The notes under the pieces: model-generated
What the model was told of the DNA's origin: nothing
Databases searched by the model: none
What the model saw: only the letters and a program-made list of their open reading frames with translations
Sequence record: DRR378314_1813
Length of the DNA: 64,000 nt
Strand: one strand, 5' to 3'
Position numbers and translations under genes: made by a program
In this document: positions 38,199-49,257 of the stretch, piece by piece
Position numbering within the stretch: the first letter of the stretch is position 1
How the letters are laid out: every line of letters starts with the position of its first letter

Positions 38199-38412
38199 GG
38201 AACCCTTCCTCTAAACGGTCGTGTATTAGTACGTCAGAGCAAAAGGCACTGGCTTGGTTCCGTTCCAGATATAACGTTTCTATAACGCCTGGAGAGCTTT
38301 GTCCCCGGCAGGCATTTACACGATGTTTCGAGAAATTTCGCCCGGTTGTTGTTTGCCAGGTTCGCTAGCGGTATAAACTGGCAACACTTCAGCACAGGAA
38401 ACCCAGGATGTC

Positions 38413-39261
38413 ATGTTGATGAATGGCCAGCGGTGGTTGATGTGCCTACTGGTGGCGATGCTGGTTTCGCTTAGTCAGGCCCTGTCTGCGGCGACGACCA
38501 TCAGGATAAGCACTGGTCACTGGCCGCCCTATCTTAGCGAAGACCTGCCAGAAGATGGCTTTCTTTCCCAGATTGTTCGTGAATCCTTTGCCCACGAGGG
38601 TATCGAGGTAGAATTTTCGTTCCTTCCTTGGTCACGTGCATTGGCAATGGTTAAGGCTGGGACCTACCAGGCCTCTGCCGTTTGGTCCTGCACGGAATCA
38701 AGAAGCCGCGACTTTCTATATTCTTCACCAATCCTGCCTTATCAGTATGTGTTCTATCATCGCGCTGCTGAGCCTTTTGAGTGGCAGTCCTTCAATGAGC
38801 TCAAGGGGAAGCGTATCGGCCTTACCCAGGACTACAGTTATGGCGAGACGCTCAGTGACGTCATTGAAAGTGGCCTCGTTACCGCCGATGTGACGACTTC
38901 CGATACCGCAAACTTCAAGAAGTTGCTTCTCAATCGCATTGATTTGTTCCCCATGGACCCGGTTGTGGGAGAAGCCATGATACGGAACCAGTTTCCTACA
39001 CAGTCTGATCGGCTTACCTTCCATCCTAAGTCTCTTCGGAGTGCCTTTTACCATCTTGTTTTCAACGCGGAAGAAGCCGATCTCAGACAGGCCTTCGACA
39101 ATGGATTCGCCAAGTTGCTCGAGAGCGGGCGATACAGCGCCATCATTGAGAAAGCGGTTTCCGAAAACAGCACGCCAGTGATGGCGCGGATACTGAAGGA
39201 CAAGCTTATCAACTGGGACCCTACGTCAGCCCCCTGCTCCCCTCCTCCAGCACGTGAATGA
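38413..39261 (+). CDS. Periplasmic substrate-binding protein (family 3-like)
   Basis: WPPY, PWSRAL, LKGKRIG, RIDL. Confidence 0.85.
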   Translation: MLMNGQRWLMCLLVAMLVSLSQALSAATTIRISTGHWPPYLSEDLPEDGFLSQIVRESFAHEGIEVEFSFLPWSRALAMVKAGTYQASAVWSCTESRSRDFLYSSPILPYQYVFYHRAAEPFEWQSFNELKGKRIGLTQDYSYGETLSDVIESGLVTADVTTSDTANFKKLLLNRIDLFPMDPVVGEAMIRNQFPTQSDRLTFHPKSLRSAFYHLVFNAEEADLRQAFDNGFAKLLESGRYSAIIEKAVSENSTPVMARILKDKLINWDPTSAPCSPPPARE

Positions 39262-39465
39262 CTGTTTAGTACCAACGTTGCCTGCCAGCCCCGTTTAAGA
39301 CTTGCTTCTACGATGAATGCAGCTAAACTCCTATTCAGCTTGCATTTTTCGTCACTGTTTGGCTAACAAACATCCTTTTTTGTCGGTATGGCGATCAGGG
39401 TGGCCAGTATCGGGTCTCGGAGTGCAGTCATTGACTGAATTGTTTCAACCAATGTTAAGAAAAAA

Positions 39466-41610
39466 GTGCTGAGATTGCGCATGCAGCAACGTCCATTCTC
39501 CCGGTTCCGGCCCTCGCTCCCTGAAACGCTTCCAAGGGTGTTTTTCGCCGCTGTTTGCTGCTCATTAGCCAACAACGCGCTCGCAGCCGATGATTCTCTT
39601 TGGGACATCCCACTGGAGGAGCTGGGCCAGATTCGTGTTGTTTCGATAGCCTCCGGAACCGAGACCCCGCTGGATAAAGCCGCAGCAATCACGTCAGTTA
39701 TCAACGCAGAAGACATCGCCGCCATGGGCGCCACGGACCTGGACCACGTTCTTGAAACCGTGCCGGGGCTCCATGTAAATCACTCTGATCAGGCATTTTC
39801 ACCGAAGTATGTGTTTCGTGGTATTACGTCGAGTAACAACGCCCAGGCGCTTCTTCTGATTAACGGTATTCCTACCACAACCATGATGTATGGAAATCGT
39901 GGTAACGCCTGGGGAGGAATGCCAGTAAAGGCCATCGAAAGGATCGAGGTCATCAGGGGACCAGGTTCGGCACTCTATGGTGCTGATGCCTATTCCGGTG
40001 TCATCAGCATCACCACCAAAAACTACCAGACGATTGACGGTCAAACCGTTGGTGGCAGAGTCGGTAGCTTTGACACCCAAGGAGCTTGGCTCGAATCGGG
40101 GCGCCAAATTGGTGATATCGGTCTTAGTTTGGTTTTGGAGTACCAAACTACTGATGGCTGGGATGAAACCATCGAACGCGACGCGCAAACCAATTTTGAT
40201 GAGACATTTGGTACCTCCGCGTCATTGGCGCCTGGCCCGGTCAATACGGGAGTGGACCAACTCGACGCCCGATTTGAAATGGGCGGGCCACAATGGACGT
40301 TTCGGGCGGGCTTGCAGGACCGTAGCAACCTTGGCACCGGCCCTGGCGTAGCGCAGGCACTGGACCCCAAGGGGAACTTTTCATCCAGACGAGTGAATGC
40401 GGATTACAGCTACCGATGGTCTGATCTGGCCGAGGGCCTTGATGTCGAAGCAAGACTGTCTTACTTCAATATCACTCAGGATCCGGAGAACGACATTGTA
40501 CTCTACCCTCCCGGCGCCTTTGACGGTGCTTTTCCCGAAGGTTTGATTGGCAGCCCGGGGTATAAAGAGCATCAGGCGCGATTTGATCTGAGCGCCATTT
40601 ATCGTGGCTTCACTAATCACCGTGTACACACGGGAATAGGGACGTTCTGGGCGGATCTGTATGAAGTTACTGAACGCAAGAACTTCAACCCGGATTTCAG
40701 CCCGAAGGGTAGCGTCGTGGATGTCTCTGATGACCCGAGTGAAGTCTGGATGCCTGAGGAAGATCGCATCAACTATTATGCGTTTGTGCAGGATGAATGG
40801 CAGTTTGCGCAGAACTGGCAATTGGTGAGTGGTATCCGGTTCGACGACTATTCTGACTTCGGCAGCACGATAAACCCTCGAGCTGCCCTCATTTGGGCCA
40901 CGACTGACAACATCACAACCAAGCTCCTCTATGGTCGGGCGTTTCGGGCCCCGTCATTGAATGAATTGTATGTGGATAACAATCCCGTATTCGTGGGTAA
41001 CGAAGAGCTTGACGCAGAAACCATCGACACCTTTGAGATAGGTGTGTCTCACCAAATCACCTCGGACCTCTTATACGGGGTCAACCTGTTCTATTATGAA
41101 ATAGATGACCTCATCAATGCGGTTCCAACTTCAGGGCTGATCGCTAACCAATACAGAAACGCAGGTCAACGCACCGGACACGGGGGCGAACTGGAGGTGA
41201 CGTACCAAGCGTCTGAAGAACTGTCTCTGCAAGCCAACTATGCTTACCAAACTGCAAAAGACGAAGGTACCGACCAATCAGTTGGTGAAGCGCCTAATCA
41301 CCAGATTTACTCGCGTGCTGATTGGAGCATATCGCCACATTGGTTATTCAGTTCGCAAGTGAATTGGGTAGGCAAACAAAAGAGAACTGCTGCAGACCAG
41401 AGAGAGCCTGTATCAGACTATGTCACCGTCGATATGACCCTACGTACCCGTGGGCTATGGCAGGGGCTGGATCTATCGCTATCCGTTCGTAACATTTTCG
41501 ACGAGGACGTAAGGGACCCCAGCCCGTTTGCGGACCCGGCCCCACCTGTTCCAAATGACTTTCCCATGCCGGGACGCGTTGTCGTTGGTGAGCTCTCTTA
41601 CAGCTTCTGA
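39466..41610 (+). CDS. TonB-dependent receptor
   Basis: IERIEVIRGPGSALYG plug motif, AFRAPS, C-terminal YSF; start may be 39481. Confidence 0.92.
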   Translation: MLRLRMQQRPFSRFRPSLPETLPRVFFAAVCCSLANNALAADDSLWDIPLEELGQIRVVSIASGTETPLDKAAAITSVINAEDIAAMGATDLDHVLETVPGLHVNHSDQAFSPKYVFRGITSSNNAQALLLINGIPTTTMMYGNRGNAWGGMPVKAIERIEVIRGPGSALYGADAYSGVISITTKNYQTIDGQTVGGRVGSFDTQGAWLESGRQIGDIGLSLVLEYQTTDGWDETIERDAQTNFDETFGTSASLAPGPVNTGVDQLDARFEMGGPQWTFRAGLQDRSNLGTGPGVAQALDPKGNFSSRRVNADYSYRWSDLAEGLDVEARLSYFNITQDPENDIVLYPPGAFDGAFPEGLIGSPGYKEHQARFDLSAIYRGFTNHRVHTGIGTFWADLYEVTERKNFNPDFSPKGSVVDVSDDPSEVWMPEEDRINYYAFVQDEWQFAQNWQLVSGIRFDDYSDFGSTINPRAALIWATTDNITTKLLYGRAFRAPSLNELYVDNNPVFVGNEELDAETIDTFEIGVSHQITSDLLYGVNLFYYEIDDLINAVPTSGLIANQYRNAGQRTGHGGELEVTYQASEELSLQANYAYQTAKDEGTDQSVGEAPNHQIYSRADWSISPHWLFSSQVNWVGKQKRTAADQREPVSDYVTVDMTLRTRGLWQGLDLSLSVRNIFDEDVRDPSPFADPAPPVPNDFPMPGRVVVGELSYSF

Positions 41611-41625
41611 GCCGACATTGATTGG

Positions 41626-42423
41626 TTAATCGTCCCAATCCCGCTTGTCTCTCCCATGGTACACAATGCTTTCACAGCGTATTGGGAAGAAGCTACCTTC
41701 ACGACGACTTTTAGTATCTCGGAAGCACGGTGTCATGCCGGCAACGAAGCAAGGCGTCAGGATGAGTTGGTACTCTTCGCAACTGAACCCCATATCTGCA
41801 GCCAGTGCAGCATGTACAGCGGCAACGTTCATTGAGTATCCATACGTCGTATTCAGATGTTCATACACGGCAAAGGCCATCTTGAGGTAGTGTCCCTCGG
41901 AAAAGCCGTACTCTTTCGCCTTCTCCAATGTGAAAGCAATGCGCTCGTCTGTCGTCGCGAGCGGCCGTCCATATCCGTATAGGATTCGACCAAGGGACTT
42001 CTCATGGTCCACGAACTCCTCCAACTTTCCGCCGTCATCGCACCACTTGCCTGCCCTGTAGAAGAAATCGAGCGCCCTGACCTCGGGCCGACGGCCGTAT
42101 ATGGAGGCTTCTGAAATACTCAATCCTGCCATGAGCCCCAAAGATGGGGTAGTGCGAACGGAGCCCGCTAAAGCCGCGACGTGATTGGGCCAGATAGACG
42201 GATCAGGATAGCTGGTGCCGACCCAATAGGAGTTCAGCATCTTGGCGACGTTCTCCCCTGGATCTTTTCCAAGGATGGAGTACAGGTAAAGATGTAACCA
42301 TTCCAGATGGTCCAGTTCATGGTGGAGGTCTTTTCCATGCATGACCACCCGTTCTGTAAGAAAGGCTTTACCGATCCGGGTCAACCAGTGGCTTTCTGTT
42401 TCAAGCAGCTGCTCATGATTCAT
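41626..42423 (-). CDS. Citrate-synthase/citryl-CoA-lyase-like protein
   Basis: HGKDL, GYGRP..DER, NV..A pattern. Confidence 0.65.
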   Translation of the reverse strand: MNHEQLLETESHWLTRIGKAFLTERVVMHGKDLHHELDHLEWLHLYLYSILGKDPGENVAKMLNSYWVGTSYPDPSIWPNHVAALAGSVRTTPSLGLMAGLSISEASIYGRRPEVRALDFFYRAGKWCDDGGKLEEFVDHEKSLGRILYGYGRPLATTDERIAFTLEKAKEYGFSEGHYLKMAFAVYEHLNTTYGYSMNVAAVHAALAADMGFSCEEYQLILTPCFVAGMTPCFRDTKSRREGSFFPIRCESIVYHGRDKRDWDD

Positions 42424-43250
42424 TGCCCGCCCTCCTGATCACTCTGTTTGAATGGGCCCGGATCATCCTCTAACTCAATAGCAGAGCTGTAAAACGGAAA
42501 CTTTTTCCATCCCATTTTACGTTGCTCCAGCGCATGGACCGCGGCACCGGGTAGTCTGAGCATCAGATAGAGCATGCTGCCCTGGTCTCGATCCAGGCCA
42601 AGATCAACGAACGTTGCCGCCGCAACAGATGTGATCGATATGGGACATCCGAAGAATTGCTCTAAGGGAATGCGTTGTTCCTGCAACCAGTGCAACGCTC
42701 CACCCTTCGGTGCAAATTGCACCATAAGATCCAGCGACTGGAGGAGTGTGGTTGGAATCTGGTCACCATTAGGGTCAAACCCTGGAGGATGCTCTATCGC
42801 GGGCCAGATATCAGCCCGCTCGTCCTCTTCCGGAGCTTGCAACCTGATCTTCCAGCGATCAACGTCCTGGCCGCACTCTTCCCATAAGCGGATACAGATC
42901 TCCAGCTCCTGGGAGCCACCATACAAACCAGAGCCTACTGCAAGTGCTGACATCAAGGCAGAGCTGTGGTTTGTCGCCGCAACCCCGCCGTTCATAGCGG
43001 CACGGATACTTGCTTCCTTGGGCCCTAAATTGGCGAGGATCATCGCAAGCTTCTCAAGCAATATTGCGTCGTCCGCCTGAGGTCTCTCGCCTTTAAACAT
43101 CAGTAGTAGGTATTCGAACCAACCTGCCTTGGCTATCACCTGACCATACACGTCATAGCCATGACAGTAGCTCGCCTTAGCGGCAAAGGGATTGGATTCT
43201 TCTGGCTCTTCAAACCAGAAGTCAGAGTGATAGACATATTCTGAGGGCAC
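42420..43250 (-). CDS. Citrate-synthase/citryl-CoA-lyase-like protein
   Basis: HGYDV, PPGF, RLPGAAVHALEQ. Confidence 0.65.
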   Translation of the reverse strand: MPSEYVYHSDFWFEEPEESNPFAAKASYCHGYDVYGQVIAKAGWFEYLLLMFKGERPQADDAILLEKLAMILANLGPKEASIRAAMNGGVAATNHSSALMSALAVGSGLYGGSQELEICIRLWEECGQDVDRWKIRLQAPEEDERADIWPAIEHPPGFDPNGDQIPTTLLQSLDLMVQFAPKGGALHWLQEQRIPLEQFFGCPISITSVAAATFVDLGLDRDQGSMLYLMLRLPGAAVHALEQRKMGWKKFPFYSSAIELEDDPGPFKQSDQEGGQ

Positions 43251-43260
43251 GCGATTTCCC

Positions 43261-45003
43261 CTAATATTCGTTGTCGGTCGGTATTGAACGGGTTAACACT
43301 TTCATTCTTGAGCCCAATGGCGGTACCTGATCACCATCGACGATGACATCGAGCAAACAGGGGCCAGGGCGTGAGAGAATTCCCGGCACGTCCAGCTCCA
43401 TCAGCTGTTCCATCGTCTCAACCCTATGGGACTCTACGCCCAGTGCCCTTGCCATCATGGCAAAATCAACACCAGGCAGCTGCGTGGCTACCTGCTCTCC
43501 CCCACTCAGTTTCTGTCCGTGATTAACCATGCCCAATGAAGCATCGTTCAGAACAAGCATTAAGACATTCAGATTCTCCTGCAGGGCGATCGTCAGTTCC
43601 TGGCCTGACATCAGATAACTGCCGTCTCCCGTAAAGCATACAACCGGTTTCTCCCGATTAGCCGTGGCCATCCCAATAGACGTACCAATCGCCCAACCCA
43701 TGGCCGCAAATCCCAGCCCGATATTGAACAGATTTCTCTGTGGTGGCATGCCTGACGGGCGGTGAACGTTCCAATAATGGATACCCCAGAGAAAGCTGTT
43801 CCCGGTATCCATGAGAACCCGTGTGTCCTGGGGGCATATATCGCTCATAAAAGTCATCAGTGCCTGAGCTTTAATTCGCCCAGACCTCTCAAGGCACACC
43901 CCAGGTTCATCAAAGCGCGTATTCTCTGGTAATAGGCTATCGCTAGTAACAGTCTGCCTAGGTTCCTCGGCGGCGGCACCCATGAAGTTGGTTGCGAGAG
44001 GTCCGAAAACGAGCTTCGGGGAACCGAGTACGACCAATCTCGCCATAGTCGACCGACTCAGGTGCGACGGGTTGGTGGAAATGTGGATCAGCCGGTCAGA
44101 CAGTATAGTCGTGGGATCCCAACCACACGTGGATACCTCATCCAGCGCTGTACCGATCGCGATCACGCGATCCGCATGCTCCACCTTCAACGCATCAGTA
44201 GCGCTATTGTGACCAGCGAAGCCAAATACCCCCCTGTAAAGTGGATGAAAGCTATCGACGAGCCCTTTTCCACGTGGTGTAGTAACGAGCAACCAACGAC
44301 GTGATTCTGCAAGCGTTACGAGTAGATCACTTGCCTCAGCAGCGCCTTCACCCAATACAAGCGTGACTTTATCGACGTCCTTTAAATCATCCAGTAGCAG
44401 TTGGAGGGAGGCCGGGTTGGGAGCCACTTCGTGATTGACGAAAGCATTGAGCGCCTGATCCTTCACAGTATCCGGTATGCGATGTCGCATGACGTCCAGG
44501 GGAATAGCCAGGTGAGCCGGTCCTGGCTGATTACCCATCGCATGACTCACAGCCTGGAGCAGCTTCGTTTCAAGTTGTGCTGGATGCGATACGAGCGTGT
44601 TATAGCGGGTGCACCTGGAGAACATCTCAACCGTATGAATGCCCGTGCAAGAGGTTTCCTGCAATGAACCCTGTCCAAACTTGTCGAGAGCTGTTTGAGC
44701 CGTAATGACCAGAATGGGAATACCGTCCGCGTAAGCCGAGGCAACGCCCGTGAGGAGGTTTGTTGCGCCCGGGCCGGCTGTGGAACAACAGACACCTATT
44801 TTTCCGGTTTCTCGAGCATAGCCTTCCGCCATAAACGCCGCGCCGGACTCGTGGCGAGCGGTAATGGTCCGAATACCACCCCTGCGCTCACTTCGTGCCA
44901 AGGCATCGTAGAAAGGCTCAATGCTCCCACCAGGAACCCCAAACACATACTCGACACCCAAGCGCTCCAAATAGCGCAGAATCAAATCACCATTTTCGAG
45001 CAT
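43261..45003 (-). CDS. Thiamine-diphosphate-dependent enzyme (acetolactate synthase-like)
   Basis: FGVPGG, RHESGAAFMA, GPGATN, GDGS..LND. Confidence 0.9.
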   Translation of the reverse strand: MLENGDLILRYLERLGVEYVFGVPGGSIEPFYDALARSERRGGIRTITARHESGAAFMAEGYARETGKIGVCCSTAGPGATNLLTGVASAYADGIPILVITAQTALDKFGQGSLQETSCTGIHTVEMFSRCTRYNTLVSHPAQLETKLLQAVSHAMGNQPGPAHLAIPLDVMRHRIPDTVKDQALNAFVNHEVAPNPASLQLLLDDLKDVDKVTLVLGEGAAEASDLLVTLAESRRWLLVTTPRGKGLVDSFHPLYRGVFGFAGHNSATDALKVEHADRVIAIGTALDEVSTCGWDPTTILSDRLIHISTNPSHLSRSTMARLVVLGSPKLVFGPLATNFMGAAAEEPRQTVTSDSLLPENTRFDEPGVCLERSGRIKAQALMTFMSDICPQDTRVLMDTGNSFLWGIHYWNVHRPSGMPPQRNLFNIGLGFAAMGWAIGTSIGMATANREKPVVCFTGDGSYLMSGQELTIALQENLNVLMLVLNDASLGMVNHGQKLSGGEQVATQLPGVDFAMMARALGVESHRVETMEQLMELDVPGILSRPGPCLLDVIVDGDQVPPLGSRMKVLTRSIPTDNEY

Positions 45004-45058
45004 TGGGAATCCTTGTGGAGATAACGTCCATTGGTGTGTGAATAAAACTGAAGGTTAA

Positions 45059-46750
45059 CTATTCCAGTGGCCGGGGCTTGGCAATTCCATAACCTTGGGC
45101 GTAATCGAGCCCCAACTCGACAAGACGGGCTTTCACCTCGTCATTCTCAACAAACTCTGCGACCGTTTTAAGACCGGCTGAGTGGGCGATACGATTGCAG
45201 GCGTCGACAATGGACAGATCAATCGGGTCGTCCAGCAGGTTACGGACGAAGCCACCATCGATCTTCAGGTAGTCAACGGGCAGTGCTTTCAGATAGGAGA
45301 ACGAGCTCATGCCGGCGCCGAAATCATCCAGCGCGAATTTGAACCCTCTCCTCTTGGCGGAACTGATGAAACGTTGGGTAACGTTCAGGTTGGCGATGGC
45401 GGATGTTTCAGTGATCTCAAAGCAGATACGTCCGGGTTTGAGTTTGTAACGCTCAGCCAGTTGACTGATGTAGAGGAACAACTCCGGTTCGTTGAAGGAA
45501 CTGCCTGACAGGTTGATAAAGAACGTTCCTGTGTCCTCTCGTCCCAAGCCTGTGCGATCAAGGTACTGGAACGCCATCTGGATGACTTTTCGATCGATTT
45601 TTGTCATCAGATTAAAGCGTTCTGCCGCGGGGATAAAGGCGCCCGGGGGCACGATGTCGTCCCCTTCCATCAAGCGAACCAGAAATTCCGTTCGATAACC
45701 ATCAGCGGCGTGGGGCTGGAGTGCAACCATCTCTTGCTGCCAGAGGCAGAAGCTGTCTTTCTGCAGTGCCTGCTGGATTCGGCTGGTCCAGTTCATGTCC
45801 CGTTGGCGCTGCTGCATATCAACGTCATTGGTTTCGTACAGCTGAACGTTGTTGCGGCCCCGATCCTTGGCGGCGTAGCACGCCAGGTCGGCATGGCTGA
45901 GAAGCTCACCGGCACTGTGGTAGCTTTTGTTGATCAAAACCATGCCAATGCTCAGTGACACTGAAAATGGCTTGTTTTTCCACACGAACCGAAATTCGTT
46001 GACCTCTTCGCACAGCTTCTCAGCGACTTTCTGCGCGTGGAGCACGTCGCAACCTCGCAGTAGCACCCCGAACTCATCGCCGCCGAGTCGTGCCAGCGTA
46101 TCGTCAGACCGAACCTGATGTGACAGCAAACCGGCCACCTGCTTCAACAAGTGGTCACCGGCCACATGGCCACAGGTATCGTTTATGATCTTGAACTGGT
46201 CGAGGTCGAGATACAGCAATACATGCTGGCTTCCGTTCTTGTGGGTATCTTCAAGCGCCTGGACCAACCGCTGTTCAAATTCCCGGCGATTCACAAGGTC
46301 CGTCAGGCTGTCGTGGTAGGCCATGTGTGCAAGGGCGCTTTCAGCCACGCGCTTGGCCTGGCGCATGAAACCTTCACGCACTTCCCGATCAATGGCTGGG
46401 ATCAGTCGGGACAGGTTGTCCTTCATGATGTAATCCTGCGCACCCGCTTTCATGGCGTTAACCGCAACGCCTTCACCGATGGTGCCGGACACAATGATCA
46501 CTGGCAGGTCTTTGCAATATTTTTTGGTCAGCTCCAACACTCGAAATGACGAAAATCCGGGCATGTTGTGATCGGTAATAACGATATCCCACTTGCCCCG
46601 GCGAAGGGCGTGGGACAGGCGGTCCTCGCTATCGACCAACTCATGATAGGGGGCGATGCCACCTTTACGCATCTCGCGCAGAAGCAGCAGGGCATCGTCT
46701 TCCGAATCTTCGACGATCAACATCCGTAGAGGGCTGGCTGTGTCTGTCAA
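45059..46750 (-). CDS. REC-GGDEF-EAL response regulator
   Basis: Receiver domain, RLGGDEF, EFLVR, DDFGAG. Confidence 0.92.
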   Translation of the reverse strand: MTDTASPLRMLIVEDSEDDALLLLREMRKGGIAPYHELVDSEDRLSHALRRGKWDIVITDHNMPGFSSFRVLELTKKYCKDLPVIIVSGTIGEGVAVNAMKAGAQDYIMKDNLSRLIPAIDREVREGFMRQAKRVAESALAHMAYHDSLTDLVNRREFEQRLVQALEDTHKNGSQHVLLYLDLDQFKIINDTCGHVAGDHLLKQVAGLLSHQVRSDDTLARLGGDEFGVLLRGCDVLHAQKVAEKLCEEVNEFRFVWKNKPFSVSLSIGMVLINKSYHSAGELLSHADLACYAAKDRGRNNVQLYETNDVDMQQRQRDMNWTSRIQQALQKDSFCLWQQEMVALQPHAADGYRTEFLVRLMEGDDIVPPGAFIPAAERFNLMTKIDRKVIQMAFQYLDRTGLGREDTGTFFINLSGSSFNEPELFLYISQLAERYKLKPGRICFEITETSAIANLNVTQRFISSAKRRGFKFALDDFGAGMSSFSYLKALPVDYLKIDGGFVRNLLDDPIDLSIVDACNRIAHSAGLKTVAEFVENDEVKARLVELGLDYAQGYGIAKPRPLE

Positions 46751-46762
46751 TGACCTTACCTT

Positions 46763-47218
46763 TTAAAGCGAGCGAACGGCGCCTGCCTTGGGCACCTTGT
46801 TTACAAAGAGCCAGTATTGAGCAAGCAACTTCATTTGTTCCGTAAACTCCCGATAATTGATCGACTTGGTGATGAAACTGTTGGCCCCAAGACGATACGC
46901 GTCCAACAGGTCTGCCGGCTCATCAGAGGACGTTACCATCACGACCGGCAGCCAGTTGGTCAGTGGCGAGGAACGAATGCTTTTGAGCACTTCCAGGCCA
47001 CTCACCTTGGGGAGCTTTACATCAAGTAGAACGATACCGAGCGAATCCAGGTTTTTACATGGGTGTTTGCCATCACTGCCAAACAAGAAATCAAGGGCCT
47101 CTTGCCCGTCTTCCAATACGATGACCGGGCTATTCTCGCTCGCACTCTTAAGAGCGCGCACCGCAAGAACCTGATCATCCGGGTTATCTTCAACCACAAG
47201 GATTGAATGACCTTCCAT
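46763..47218 (-). CDS. Single-domain response regulator
   Basis: VEDNPDD, LLDVKLP, GANSFITK. Confidence 0.9.
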   Translation of the reverse strand: MEGHSILVVEDNPDDQVLAVRALKSASENSPVIVLEDGQEALDFLFGSDGKHPCKNLDSLGIVLLDVKLPKVSGLEVLKSIRSSPLTNWLPVVMVTSSDEPADLLDAYRLGANSFITKSINYREFTEQMKLLAQYWLFVNKVPKAGAVRSL

Positions 47219-47272
47219 GTTTTTATTTGCCCTTTCAATGAATTGCAATAACAGGTGGAACTTGACTACAGT

Positions 47273-48727
47273 CTAGCCCTGATCTTTGGAAACAGGCAAC
47301 TTCACAATAAAACTCGCGCCCTCGCCCAATTCGGACGTCGCGGAAATATCGCCGTGATGACGGCGAATCACCCGGTATACCGTGGCCAGGCCTATCCCCG
47401 TGCCACCAAATTCCGACGGTGTGTGAAGCCGATTGAACGCCACGAACAATTTGTCGATGTATCTCATATCGAAGCCTACGCCGTTATCGCGGACCTCAAT
47501 GGCCATCCAGCGCCCTTCCCTTTTCGCCAACACTTCAACGACCCGCTTCTCTTCCTTGGCACTGTACTTCCAAGCGTTGGCGAGTAGGTTCTGAAAGGCA
47601 ACACGCAGCATGCGGCTGTCTCCCACAACCTGCATACCCGGCTGTATATGGATTTCGGTGGGCACTTCGTCGCTGATGTCCTGCAGTTCTTCCGCCACTT
47701 CCTGCACCAACTGACTCAAATCGACGATCTGATTCTCCATGGACTGTCGGCTGACGCGGGAAAGAATCAACAGCCCATCGATCAATCCCGCCATACGCAC
47801 ACTCGCCGCCCGAATACGCTTCAGGTAATCCTTGCCCGTTTCATTGAGTTGGTCACCGCAGTCTTCTTCCAGGGCCTGTCCAAACCCTTCAACGGCCCTC
47901 AACGGCTGCCTGAGGTCATGGGACACCGAATAACTGAACGCTTCCAGTTCGCGGTTCGCCATGCTCAGTTCGGAGGTTCTGGCCTCAACGGTTCTTTCCA
48001 GGCTATCGCGGCTCTCCAGGATACGGCGGTTCTGCTGTTGGATCGTGCTGATCATCTCATTGAAGGTGTTGCCAAGAATCCCGAGTTCATCGGTGCCTGT
48101 GACCGGGGCGCGAATGGAGTAATCGTGATCCTGTGCGATTCGCTCGGCCGTCTCCGACAGCTTGAGCATGGGCTCTGAAACGATTCTCTGCAGCCTCAGC
48201 GCGAGGAAGACCAGGGCGATAAGAATCACCGCCCCAATACCGGACGCAACAAACACAAAGGTTCGGATATGGCCTCGAAGGACTTCCAGATGCGAGGTCA
48301 GGAACAGTTGCCCAACCACTTCGTTATCCAGGGTAACTGGCATCAGTAACCGATAGACGTCGTCGACAAAACCGACTTCGAGCGCCGGATCGATCGCGGG
48401 ACACTGCCGTTTGTTCATGTTTGCCAGGGCGGTCATTACATTCCCTTGGGAGTCATAAACACACGCCTGCCGAATGGTATTAATCCGCTTGAGGCTGGAG
48501 ATGATACTGCTAAGTTGTTCGTTGTCCTCGAACACCAACGCCGCGGCGGACTGCTCAGCCAGAATGCCGGCAATGACATGAAGCTCGGATTCGAGTTGCT
48601 TTCGGTAATTCTGGTTTTCAACGAAGATCAGGCTCGCGCAGACCAGGGCAATCCCCAGAGCACTGGTGAATAATGTGAGGAACAACAGTTTGGTTTTAAG
48701 CCGCCAATATCGCCAACGCCAAATCAT
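47273..48727 (-). CDS. Sensor histidine kinase (periplasmic sensor, HAMP)
   Basis: SHDLRQP, NAWKY, DNGVG, GTGIGL. Confidence 0.92.
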   Translation of the reverse strand: MIWRWRYWRLKTKLLFLTLFTSALGIALVCASLIFVENQNYRKQLESELHVIAGILAEQSAAALVFEDNEQLSSIISSLKRINTIRQACVYDSQGNVMTALANMNKRQCPAIDPALEVGFVDDVYRLLMPVTLDNEVVGQLFLTSHLEVLRGHIRTFVFVASGIGAVILIALVFLALRLQRIVSEPMLKLSETAERIAQDHDYSIRAPVTGTDELGILGNTFNEMISTIQQQNRRILESRDSLERTVEARTSELSMANRELEAFSYSVSHDLRQPLRAVEGFGQALEEDCGDQLNETGKDYLKRIRAASVRMAGLIDGLLILSRVSRQSMENQIVDLSQLVQEVAEELQDISDEVPTEIHIQPGMQVVGDSRMLRVAFQNLLANAWKYSAKEEKRVVEVLAKREGRWMAIEVRDNGVGFDMRYIDKLFVAFNRLHTPSEFGGTGIGLATVYRVIRRHHGDISATSELGEGASFIVKLPVSKDQG

Positions 48728-49257
48728 CGTACGACCCTCACCGCCAGCTCCAGAAGCCTGGAGTTAATGGTCAGTCCTGCTTCTGTCGCGGCTTCCAGGC
48801 TGATTTCGAAACGGATCACATTGCCCTGTTTCACATAACCGACGATTCCACCTTTACGAACAAAGTCCGGTAAATCGCTGACCGTCAGCACACCTTTCTG
48901 GCTTTGCGCCATGGCAAGCAGAGTTTCGACATCTCTGGACTGCGATTGCCCTATGTACAGGACGTCGCAACCAACGAGGCCAGCCTTGTCTTCCGGGTAT
49001 CGGAGCTGAAGTTCCCTGCCCTGGGATTTACGTCCGCGCAAGGGGTCCAGGAGGTCGCCAAAAGGATCATCGCCATAGACGCACACCTCGAGGGGCGCAG
49101 CCGCCGTTTCGCCATTAGACCAGGTGACAAAGCGTGTGAAGTTGTAGAGGAACGCAGCTTTGACTTCGTATTCCGAGCGGATGGAAGCATGCGCTGACGC
49201 CAGACTGAAACACAGGCTGAGAACCAGGGAAATAAGGTATTTCAGGTGATCCCTCAC
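48724..49257 (-). CDS. YfiR-family periplasmic regulator
   Basis: EYEVKAAFLYNFTRFVTW..SRLLELA. Confidence 0.9.
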   Translation of the reverse strand: MRDHLKYLISLVLSLCFSLASAHASIRSEYEVKAAFLYNFTRFVTWSNGETAAAPLEVCVYGDDPFGDLLDPLRGRKSQGRELQLRYPEDKAGLVGCDVLYIGQSQSRDVETLLAMAQSQKGVLTVSDLPDFVRKGGIVGYVKQGNVIRFEISLEAATEAGLTINSRLLELAVRVVR

